Of a DNA stretch of 64,000 nucleotides, positions 38,801 through 50,800 are shown one piece after another. Numbering within the stretch: position 1 is the first letter of the stretch; every line of letters starts with the position of its first letter. Position numbers and translations under genes: made by a program. Location: assembly GCA_951804945.1 (NCBI GenBank), contig OX638160.1, forward strand, positions 11,470,001 to 11,534,000. The letters run 5' to 3'. The notes below the pieces were generated by a model, which was not told the DNA's origin, ran no database searches, and worked only from the letters and a program-made list of their open reading frames with translations. The stretch comes from Podarcis cretensis. Lineage: Eukaryota.

Positions 38801-41800
38801 ATTTAAACCTACTTGTAGAACAATTTTGAAATTAAGGATACTAAACAAGATCACTTACTTGAAGAGGTTACATATTTTTGCCCCTGCTTCAGTGTTTTTC
38901 CACAGAAAAGCAAATGTTCAGCAGGTTCGATAAAAGGGTCATGAATTCAATTTAAAGTGATTGAGTGTAGCCTTTAATGTATGTGCAGCATTACATTCAG
39001 ATATAATTTTAAACCGGAACATTTTTAAAGGGTCACTTAATATAAGCAACACTTAAAACATATAGATAAAGAACCCACAAATTTATTAAATGACGACATA
39101 TTTTATGATGAAGTAATTAAGAAGTATACCTAATTCCATGAGGTCTCATTGCCATTCCACCCATATCTCCTGGAAATTGGGGTCTATTAAACTGCCCATC
39201 GATGGGAAATCCTGTGAACCTCAGTCCGCTGGGAGGGACAATGGCTGACCTAATATTCCCAGGATACGGAGGAGGAGGTCTGTTAAAAATCTGGTTCAGA
39301 TTTTCTTGCTGCTGCCATGGTTGAGTAGATCCTGCATGAGGTGCTGTGGTAGGCTCTTGTGGCATTTTCTCTTGACGGATTGCATTCTTCTTTTGTTGTT
39401 GCTGCTGCAGAATAATCTCACGTAATTTCTGGCGCTGACAGGGAACAAAAACAATTCAGCTCCTTTATTTATTTCATTCTTATCCCACCCTTCATCAGCA
39501 AGCGATCCCAGGACAGGTTATATACATAATGAAACATGAAAACAGAACAAACAGTAAATAAAATATTAGAAGAACATAGAAAAAGCACATAAGTAACACA
39601 TATCTCCTTCCAGCATTAATACCACAAAATCAGTTCCCCTCTCTGCATCAGAAGCCTGAAGGAAGAGATGAGCTTTTGGGCTGGTGCTAAAAACACTAAA
39701 CAATGTCCGCACCAGCCATTATCTCGAGGGGGAGATTATTCTACAATTGGGGTGTCACCACTGAGAAGATCCTATTTTATGTAACTGAGTACCCCTCAAG
39801 AGATGGGACAAGCCGAAGGGCTTCCCTGGAAGTTCTTAAAGCTGAGGAAGAAAAATAAAGGAATATGTGTTCCTTCAGGTATCTCGGTTCTATGTTGTTC
39901 AGGGCTTTGTAGTCACCACTAAACCCTGAAGTGGTTTCACTAGGATACAGACAGTGTTAAAGGCCTGATACTGATGATAAGACTACTGCCACAGAATACA
40001 AAATACCTGCATCTTATAGTATAAAAAAAAAACGATTTACTGATCCAACACAGCCACTATGTTTCTAAAAGCTATTGATAAGTTCCATCAACTCTGGCAT
40101 CTCATAGTTTTCACAAGCACGTTATTCAACAACAGTAAACTCACTTGTCTTATTTTTTCTGCATCTGCCTGAGACATTGTGGTCGGCGTATTTGTTGCTC
40201 CAGCTGTTGGTACTGGGCCAGAAGAAGCTTGGGGGAACTGTTTTCCCTGCAAGCTCATGGAAGAGTTTGCAGATGAGCCCAAATTCCCCTCTGATCCAGA
40301 TCTTGGCTGATCTGCAACATCGTGGGGAAGCTGAGCGGTTCCAAAAGTTTCTGACTGAGGTCTTGGAGTCATTGGAGGTTGATCATAAGGATCACAAGGT
40401 GGTGCTGTTGAAGCATGGCTAAAAGAATCTGTCACAGCAGGTCCCAATAGCTTTGGAGGCTGAGAACACGGATCTGATGGCCTTACAAATGTCCCAGGTA
40501 AGGTCCTGTTCTGTGATGCCTGCAGATAAGGATCACGATTTGACATTAGGGCTGGTCTACTGTAAGGTTCTGGAATTCCAGGCCTTGGTGTTGCTGGTGG
40601 TTGAGAATATGGATCACTACTAACCGGCCTTGGTGTACCTGGAGGTTGGGCATATGGATCAGAATGCCTTTGATTTGCTGAAACCTGAGCAAATAAGTCT
40701 CCAGTCTGTGCAGGTCTTGGTGTGAGTGGCTGATGCATGTATGGGTCAACAGCAGTGGGGCGAGGAGTACCCGGAGGCTGGGCATAGGGGTCTGCAACTG
40801 GCCGAGGAGTACCCGGAGGCTGGGCGTAAGGGTCTGCAACTGGCCGAGGAGTACCCGGAGGCTGGGCGTAGGGATCTGCGACAGGCCGAGGGGTACCCGG
40901 AGGCTGGGCGTAGGGGTCTGCGACAGGCCGAGGAGTACCCGGAGGCTGGGCGTAGGGATCTGCGACAGGCCGAGGGGTACCCGGAGGCTGGGCATAAGGG
41001 TCCTGAGCAACTGCCCTTGAAATAGTTCCAGACTGAGAAAAAGTATCACCCTGGTTTCGCACTACTCTTTGTGGGTGGGCAAAAGTCTCTTTTATTGCTG
41101 GATGTGGAGTCAGAGGAGGCTGACTATATGGGTCATTAGATGGATTGTGTGAAAAGCTATCTACTGGCTTTGGTGTCAAAACAGGCCGTTCATAGGGGTC
41201 CACAGACATGCGCCGTGGGGTTGGTGGCATTGAAGCATATGGATCTTGTGGGGACTGAGTTGGGCGCATTGGAGTTTTAAATGGGCCAGGACTTCCCTCA
41301 ACAGCAGGAATGGGAGTCAATGGTGGGCGTGCATATGAGTCAGCAGGAGACATCCGGGGCCTAGGAAACGAATCTGTTCTGGGAGGTGGTTTAGCAAATG
41401 GGTCACTGTTTGCCACTGATAAAGATGCTTTCCCTGGTTGTTCTGCAATTAAAGGTGATCTTGATATTCCCAAAGGTTTGGAGAAAGGTTCCGTTCCCAT
41501 TGTAGGCCTGGGTGTATCTGGAGCTTTTGCATAAGGGTCACTGTTGACTGGAGACAAAGAACATGAATCTCTGACAGGTGATGGCCTGCTCCCTGTTGAT
41601 TCAGATGCCTGAGCTGGCCTGGATAAGGGTGAAGGGGGTGGACAGATATCTACTGATGTAACAGAATTTATTCTGACAAAGTTTTGATTTTGGTTAACAG
41701 GTGGTGGCCTAGGTGTCCCCACCATTTTTGCATAAGGGTCAACAGGAGAAGGTGGTCTGGCAGAGGAGCAAGGAGGAAACATCTGTTGTGATGGTGCCTG

Positions 41801-44800
41801 GCAATGTGCATCTTGAACAGGCATTCTATTTGGTGTTGCAGGTGGAGGTGGGGCCTGTGGCTTTAAGAAAACATCAGAAGGTGTAGAAGTAGGGGTACCA
41901 GGAACCTGTTTTGTATATAATGTCTGTTGTGCAGGAGACATACTTCCATTGCCAGTCTGAGGGGTTAAAGGACTTTGAATCCCACTACTAGGTGTGTCTG
42001 AACCTGAATGGTTCAAAAGTTGCTGTGACCCAAGTTGTTGTTGCAGTTGCTGCTGTTGCTGCTGCTCATTTTTCACTTGCTCAAGTTTCTGAGTTGCTTC
42101 AATTTTAGCTTGCTGTTTACTTTTCTGACGCATTTGCTGTTTTAGGAAGGGAAAAAACCAGGTTGAATTATAACTATCAGGTAATCAAACAATAGTAAAG
42201 AACCCATAAGCACGTTTTAAGGTCATTTGAAAAGTTCCAACAAATTAAGGATATGGGGCCAATTATTTCTAATATGTATATTATTTATGCAGGCTTCCAG
42301 ATGACTAATATCAAACGTGCAGATCTCTGAGAATATATACTTAAATTTGAAGAAGACAGACAACCTCTGTTAAAAGATACAGGGACACTGTATAACTTTC
42401 TTGGACATTCCATCCAAGGTGAAAGTACCAGAGGCTCATGAACTTTATTTTTAAAGGTCCTATTTTGAGTTTCTTATGTCACACAAAATTATCCCTATGG
42501 TGGCTTGGCACATGAGCTAACATAGCATGCAACTCACAATACATTGATCTGTATATGCTAAATGCACTGACTATCAAAATGACATTTTTTTTCACTAGTG
42601 GGGGGAAACCTGCTAACTTTCTTGTGAAACACCATGTGGAAATAATCCTTCATTCATTTGTAATAGTTACGAGTAGCCTCTACAAATGCTCATGACCTGA
42701 GAATTACCTTCTACACATGTGGTGCCTCACCGAGAAGCTGAACTATGAAATGGCTTTGAGTTCTTCAGGCATTTGCAGTATAGGGGGCTTCTTAAACTTT
42801 CTAACCACAGGACCAATTTGAGGGCCTAAAACTTACTGAGACCTACCAGTCTACATAGAGGAGGTACAGGGATGGAGCCAGTCACAAAACGGTAGCAAAT
42901 GGAGGAAGTTTAATTTAAGCCCCACTTTTTGTTACTTCAAATTGAGAATTCTCAGTTAAGGTGCTAGGATTATGCAGACGACACTTCAAAGGCTACCTAT
43001 ACTTGCTGTACACAGCCCATATACATCTGATGTTAATTAAGGGCAGCTCTTTCTACAGCTGTACTAGACAAAAGGGGGAATCAAAGACCAAATGCAACAC
43101 ACCTGTCTAAATTTCCACTCTTGCTCATGCTCTGATTCCCTCTGCTTTAATGGGTCCTTAAAGAGTTCAGTGTCAATACGAGAGCTTGGATCAATGCTAT
43201 CCTGCTGCTGCTGCCTTTTCATGGAATCATTAGACATCTGCACTTTGTTGATCCGTAAGGCAGCTCTATTATCTCGGGCTTTTTGCTGCAAAACAAGCAC
43301 ACATGTAATTTTTTAGACTTGTTTAGACTGATATTGGAAGTAATGCCATTCTTTATTACCAACACAAAACCCACAAACGGTTTACAGGGTTTGAATAAAT
43401 TTCACATAGGAAATAGGAAACTAGGACACCCTCGGTTACATTTCCAGAGAGGTAGCCATGTTTGTTTGTTGTAGCAAAAACAAAGAGTCTTATGGTACCT
43501 GTGAACTACTAATCTTCCTAGACACACAAAGTAAGGTTAATGCACCTATGTCATATCAAAGGTGCAGTTAGCAAAACAAACACACACACAAACACATTGA
43601 AAACAGTACAAGAAAAAGAGTCCTATCCATGTGTTTTGCACCAACAGCAGCTTCACTATTTCATGAAACATATGAAGAGAATTGGGACAATATCTGAAAT
43701 CCAGCTAACCACTGTAAGCACTAAACAGAGCAAATAGGAATTTTTTTTTAAAAAAAACAACATACATCACTTCGGTTAATAATATAATCAGTTTAATCAT
43801 TTAAAAACAGCTATAGGAATTAATTTCCGGGTGATGTTCATGATCTTTACTTTTCCAGAGGATCAAATCATCCTGTCAGTTTTTTAAAAAGTTTAGTATG
43901 TAAATTCAACACTAGGTTTTTAGAGATGCAAAAGAGCAGTCAGAAGAAATTAAGCCCAAATCCATAAAAAGTAAATTAAGAAAACTAACTGAAATTCATG
44001 TATGTAAAATGCACTTTGCAGAAGCAGTGTGCTTTATAGCAGTTTTAAAACTTAAAATACTTTTAGACTAATTAATGGAAATCAGAGACATAACATTTTT
44101 TTCTGTTTCAACAAAAATGGCAAATACTCATTACCACATATGGAGCTCTTTCTTGTGAGCTTGCTTTCCTCCACAATTTAGCAATTTGCTTCACTCTTGT
44201 AGTCCAATCTGAGAATGCAGAGGAGAAAAAGGAGTAAGATTTTGTTATTCTGCATTGATTAGGAATATCATCAATGCATCAGTAAACAGTAAACATGAAA
44301 CTGTTGCCTTTTTCAGAATTCAGAAAAGCTGAACTTTATGAAATAAGATTGGTGCCTAACAGATTTGTAATGCAAGGTTTAACTCAGTGGACTTCCTGTA
44401 CTGGCAAGAGGTTGGATTAGATAAGATTACTTTTAAGGTTCCTTCCAATTTTGTGATTTTACAATTTATAACAAACCTGGGAACTCCTCCTTTAGATTTG
44501 GAAAATTGATATTTGTGTACAAAACAGGTGCTACAGTTGCCATTTCACCAAGTGCTTCTTCCTTTTCCCACTTAAGAGTGCTTCTCTGCGCATTAGACAT
44601 GGTATCACCTTCACCATCCAGTGGTGTAGCAGACGGAACCCAAGAACTGGTGGGATCATTCATCACCGCATTAAATGCTGTATTCTTATCCCTGGCAAAG
44701 CAAAGCAAAATAGGGATTTGTTCATTTCAGTACACGGAAATACATTATTCCAACAAACACACACAAATTAGTAACACCTCAAAATTATTAATAATTTTGG

Positions 44801-47800
44801 TTACTCTAAAACCCGGGAAGAAGAGAAATCAGAGAGCCCAACTCGTTAGCATCATTATAGGTTCAATGAATATCATTATAGCTACGCTGAAGTAGGGGAT
44901 ATATCAAATTATTCCATTTTACTCACCTTGTGTCTGTGTATGGTGGCTGTGCTATTGTAGAAAATGAGCCTATACCTCCTCCCGGAACCAAAGTTGTATG
45001 AGGGAGATGGGGGCTTGGTCCAATTAGGCCATTTATAAGTGGAACTCTTGAAAATGCATTCTCTCCTTTATAAAGAAAAGTTGAAAACACAAATAATATT
45101 TATTTATGGTAATTTATTTACATACAGGCTTTTTAGGGCATAGCCCACCCAAGGTGGCTCACAATACCATAAAGCACAATAACTTGAACAATCTAAAATA
45201 TCATAATTAAAAATCTGATTACTATCTGAAAGCCAATACTCAGGAAAAATAAAATGTAATAGTAGTACTTTGCATGTGAAAAGCAAACTAAAACTCTGCT
45301 TCACTATTTCACAGTACTAAACTAGACCATTTGAAGGGACATTTTCTGCATACACCAAATATTAAACATTCAAAAATTTTACTCTGTTTTGAAGACTTTG
45401 AAAGAAGATAACATCCAGGGACTAAGCTCAAATAACTCTACCTCACACATCATGCTATTTTGCAGACTAAAGCCTTGTTTTGGCATTGTTTTCTGGGTTC
45501 TGGGATGCTGTACAGAAGACAATGTTTGGTTTCAGGAACATATAATGATCCTTATTCCTTGGCTGGAGACAGGAGGAGCTGAAAAGATGTTGGCCAAGCA
45601 TCCTTGGGTACAGGGGTGGGAACCAATGAAGTAGTGGGGGCAGGGAATCTGTCAAGGGATACCTTTCTTCAGGGAGAATTTGCCAGGAGCTGAGCGACTG
45701 TGGGGCAGGGAAGAGAAGAGACAAAAGTGGATGGAATTTGCAGCACTGAAGAATGTTCTCTGCCACCTTTTTTTCCCTCTTTCTACCTCTCTCTCACACG
45801 TACACATACAACTTGGTAGAGAAAGGAAGAGTGGCCCTGCTCTAACCAGAGGGTTGGACGCAGCCGCCAGGCCACAGATTGTTCACTACTGTCCTAGGTA
45901 GATAGGAGACAGGCTGTATCAAAAGAAACATATCCACCCTTATAGGATAATTTTATTGATAAAAAAAATTAAAAAACCAATACTCTAGCTTCCAGTTTTC
46001 ACAAGACTGGGTGACAATGACTGAATTGTGCGTGAATTGCTAGCAGTTGCATTTTTATTTTTTTAAAAAAGATAGTAAACAAACCTTGATTATGCAAATG
46101 CATGAGTTGAGGAGGTGGCGGTGGTGGGGGTTGTGGCAAAGGAGTTGACTGAGTAGCTGAAGGGCTCAGTACAGCAGTAAATAGGTCTTCAACATCCTTT
46201 CCTCCCAGCTCTGCAAAACACTGCATGTGAGTATATAAGGTATGGTTGCATTTAGTAAGCTTCATAAAATGATACTAAAAAGAAAGAGAACATACCTGGA
46301 ATCTTGTACAGTTTGCCAAGAATTGCACCTGAACAAAGTAAAATCAACAGAAACATTAGCAAACATATACGTACAGTGAACTGTGGTAATTGCAACTAAT
46401 TAAAACCAAGCACGAAGTAAATCTAAAAAAAGTTCCTTCATGAGGCAATGATATAAGAGAAACATTTACCATCTGTGACCATCTTGTCCAGTTCAGGACT
46501 CAGGATTCTATCTAACTGTTCTTCACTCAGTGGCCGTGAACTCTGACTGACGCTTTGTGGAGGTATAGAGGATGGATCATCCGATATGGGTCCAATATCT
46601 AGTCCAGCTGATGGAAGGAAAAGTATGGTTTTAACTAAAAGACCAGCAATAAGCTGAGGTGCCTAGTTTAACAACTGCTTGGAAAATATATTTGAAGCAT
46701 ATTTTTCTATAACACACCCAACTAAAAAACTCATTTGGTCTAAGAAACAAAGGTTTTGCAAACCTGACTGAATGTTATCTTGAATCATAAGCCTTTCCTG
46801 ATATTAAGAACTTAACAATTCCAACAAGTGATTGGATTATTTTAACATTAGAGGCTTCTTTGAAAATATTCATCAGCAGGTAAGAGTTAACCTATGGACA
46901 CTACAAAACCGTCTCTGGAATAGTTAAAGGAGGAAATATTTTCTTTAGAACTGATATAGATACATTTACACAGAACTTAATATGGTGTCTAAATCTGGTG
47001 AAACAAAAACAGCCTGCAGAAATGGATGACTCTACCCTCTTTGGAAGATTCTGCAATTTACTACCTTTTCTAGTGAAGAAGAACATTTGCCAAAGAGAGC
47101 CAAGAATACACTGGGGGCTTCTGCCCAAGGCGCTATCCTTAGATGTTAGGTGTGGTTTGCCAGAAACATTATTGTGTTTCTTTCCACCTTTGGCTCTGGG
47201 GATGCTCAGCAAAAAACAACATTCTATTTAGCCTTTTCTCCTATACATTACACAGTAGTAGTTTTTTTTGTCACAAGTCACTTCCTGGTTCTGTACTTCT
47301 TGGAATGGCGTCTGTCATCAATTACAGTAAAAGCGAGACCTCCCTCCAGGCTCTTCTTCCAAGTACATCTCCATCTCCTCTCTGAACTGCTTTCTCTATA
47401 TTAGAACCTGTAGTACTTCATCTATTCCATAACTGATCTAAATCTGGATTCTGTCTGGTGTTTTTTTTAACTTACATTATTTATTCACAGTATTTATATA
47501 GGTCACCTTGTAATAATATTCTCAGGGTAGCTCACAACAGGAAATAAAACAATTTAACATTCAGTAACAATGATACTATGAAAGTACAAATACAGCATAC
47601 AAACAGTTGCTGAGAATAGAAACAGCTGAAAGCTGAAAGAGATTAAAAAGTATAGGAAAATTAAAAAAAGACATTTGCCTGGCACCAAAATGACACAAAG
47701 GCAAGTGTAGGTGAGCGTCCCTAGGGAGGTCAATCCATAGCTGGGGTGATACTACTGTAAAGGCCTCTCTCTCCCTTAGCCACTTGCCCATCTCACTTGT

Positions 47801-50800
47801 AAGGGGCGCTTGAGTAAGGTCTAGATGGAGAAAGATTCAGGAGCCCTGGTTTTAAGTTATGAAGGGTCTTAAAGTTCAAAATTGTCATCTTGAATTGAGC
47901 CTGGAAAGGACTAAGAGCCAGTGAACAGAATGAAGCACTGTGAGATCAGTACACCCCAAAGAGTTCCAGAGAGTCCACACACCCCTGACCACTGAAGCCT
48001 CCCAAAGTTGTGAGAGAGAGGAGATAGATTAGAGTGGGACAGAAGGATCCAGGGTGGGTTTCCCACCTTCTTCATGATTTGCCCCTGCACAAGACCTCCT
48101 TCCTCCCCACTGAAAAAAGCAAGGCTATCTCTGGACCAAATGGGTGTCCTGGACACTTCCCTTGGCTGATCTGCATTAACTGTGGCATCCAAATCATGGT
48201 AGTTGTGAGTGGCTCTTATCTTTGAAGAACCTTGCAAACATGTCAAGGCATGCTTTTGTGCCTACTGTGCCAAACTGCAGAAGGCCTAAACCACTTGGAA
48301 TAGCTCTGTTGAATGATGAATAATTATACTAGACTTGTTCCTGTCATCACATCACACCAATGAGAGGTGGAACTAAGTATTTCCTCGTGTTGGATTGGCT
48401 AGTGAACACCAGAGAACAGTATATTGCTAAGCAGCACATGGTCATGGTTGCTGAAGCTCAACTGAGTGAGTTTTAGTCAACTTGTCTCAAGGCTATCTAG
48501 ATTATTTATGACCTCTCTGTCTTCTTGTGGGTTACTCCTTATGGGTGATATAGGCACTGGGAGTGGTGGTTGTGTAGGATATTAGAATGAGGTGGCTGAG
48601 AATTTCCAGTCTAAGAATGATAGAATTCTTGGAATTCTACATACAAATGTTACTTAATATGGGTTAGTATCATAAACACACTTAACTTATAGCACTTACT
48701 CACCACTTAGTAACTACAATATTTAGCAGTATATGAATTTAAATACTTGGAAATACAATGTTGAAGCCATTACAAAAAATAATACTTAAAGAGATAATCG
48801 CTTATATAATCTTTAAAAATAATGACTCCAACCTTGTGTTTTATGCTTGACAAAGTTGCAGTGTCCATCCAGGGCCAAACTGATATTAACTTTTTATTCA
48901 TGCTTTTCATAATACAACAAACTAAATTAAAAACAAGTCTATCACTGTGATGCTCTATAAAGCATACTTAAATAGTGCAGGAGGAAGGAAACGTGTTACT
49001 TTGTACTGTGAAAGGCACACACACAAATCCAGTTATCCAATTCACAAATCCAATTCACAACATTTTAAAACAAAATTCTGAAACACTACTAGGTGCACTG
49101 CACAGGCAGGTACTTAACATTGCACAAGACTCTGCACACAGAGATAGTGAAACATGAAAGCATTTTTAGTGACATGGAATATATTTACACATGCAAAAAT
49201 AAAAAATCAGCCGAAACCACTAGGAAAGATGACTACTTCTAACCATGAATCACCCACTGTTTATTTCCTTACCAAAAGGGGAGGATGAGCTCTCAACCTG
49301 GAAAGTGCATAAATCAAGACCTACAAGATCCAAACCAGATAAAATGGATGATTATAACAAGAAAGAAAGAAAAGGAGAGGCTGAAAAAGCAAGAAAGAAT
49401 ATAAACCAAAAGTATATACAACTGCATGCTAAAATAGTATATGGGAATGCCAGACACCAACAAGATTTTTAAAAGTTATCCCCACATCAATAAAGTGCAA
49501 AGTAAAATAAAGTGCAGATTTATTGATCAAAGCAAGAAATAAGAAAGAGTCCTTTGCTTGCTGAAGCATATTTATGGTATAACAAATACATATATAAATA
49601 GTTGCATAATACCATGAACAGGATGATTTTATAAATCAAGACAAATTTCACAAAACCAACAAGAACTTATACATGTACCTGAATGATCCCCAGATTTCAC
49701 TAAATCATCAGAAAGAATTCCAAGTATGTCATCATCAGTGCTCAGCACAAGGGCAGCTAATGGGTCATCCGAGGTACCTACAGAAAACAGGTGCTTTACA
49801 CAATGAGCTTATCCACATTTACCTTTTATTCTGCTCTTTCAAGGCAGAGGTCTGTGCTTTAAAGCTCCATATATGAGTGTGTTTTGGTTGGTCTTTTTGC
49901 CCTGAGCTTTCCCCGCAATGACCCTTCTTTAAAGCCAAATTGGAGCAAATGTCAATTTGGGTTTTCAGTGGACTGACATTTGTTTTGATTGGAATTTAAA
50001 GAGTGGGTTTTTGACCCCAGGGGAAAGCTCTGGAGCAATAAAAAATGGAGGGCACTTGGACACAGAAGTTTATATCACAGTCCTTGCCTAGAAAGAGTGG
50101 AACAAGGTCAGTGTGGAAAAGCCCTTAATCATAACAACTGTGATCCCCCATGTTATTTATCCATTTATCCATTTGCTCCGAGCTCAAGGGTTTTTAACAA
50201 GAATTATTTTGAGTATGTTTTTCTCCAATCAGACACCTTTCTTTTATTTTCTCTTTACGAAAAGGAGGCTTGAATGCTTATTTGTAAACAGAAAGCTCAA
50301 ATTTAAGTAAACTGTTGAAACACCATTTAACGCTTTGGGAATTGGCCTACAATGACTTAAATCAGAGCAAGCCCACCCATAGCACCCCACCTCCTCCCCA
50401 GCTATCCCTACAGATTTTAGGCTTGAAAAAAAGCCTCCTATTTGGAGCCCACAGAATCCTTTTTCCAAGCTTAATTGCAGTGCAGGGGGCCATGGGGGAA
50501 GGGAATCACAGCTGTGATCCTCTTCTGGAAACAACCTCCACTGTAATTAGGCTTGAAAACAGCCGTACCAGTGGAAGGCTTTACTCAAGGCTAATTGCTA
50601 TGGGTGCGGGGATGGATTTCACAAAGGGGGCAGCTAGGAAGGGAAGGGTTAACCATGCAATCTCTGTGAGGATCACCCTCTTTGGCAATTAAGACTGATA
50701 AGGCCTATTTGTGTGAGATCCTGCATATATGAATGTGTGTGCAGCATAATTATGCGGTGTGTGCAATACATTTATGTGGGCACACCAGCTCCTGCAGTAC

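Noticed and set aside
40546-41049. Repetitive ORFs in other frames and on + over the 42-bp array; spacer-repeat look
   Set aside because: Open frames follow from a stop-free tandem unit; only the KMT2C frame shows synonymous-only variation. Not a CRISPR array (eukaryote, no unique spacers)
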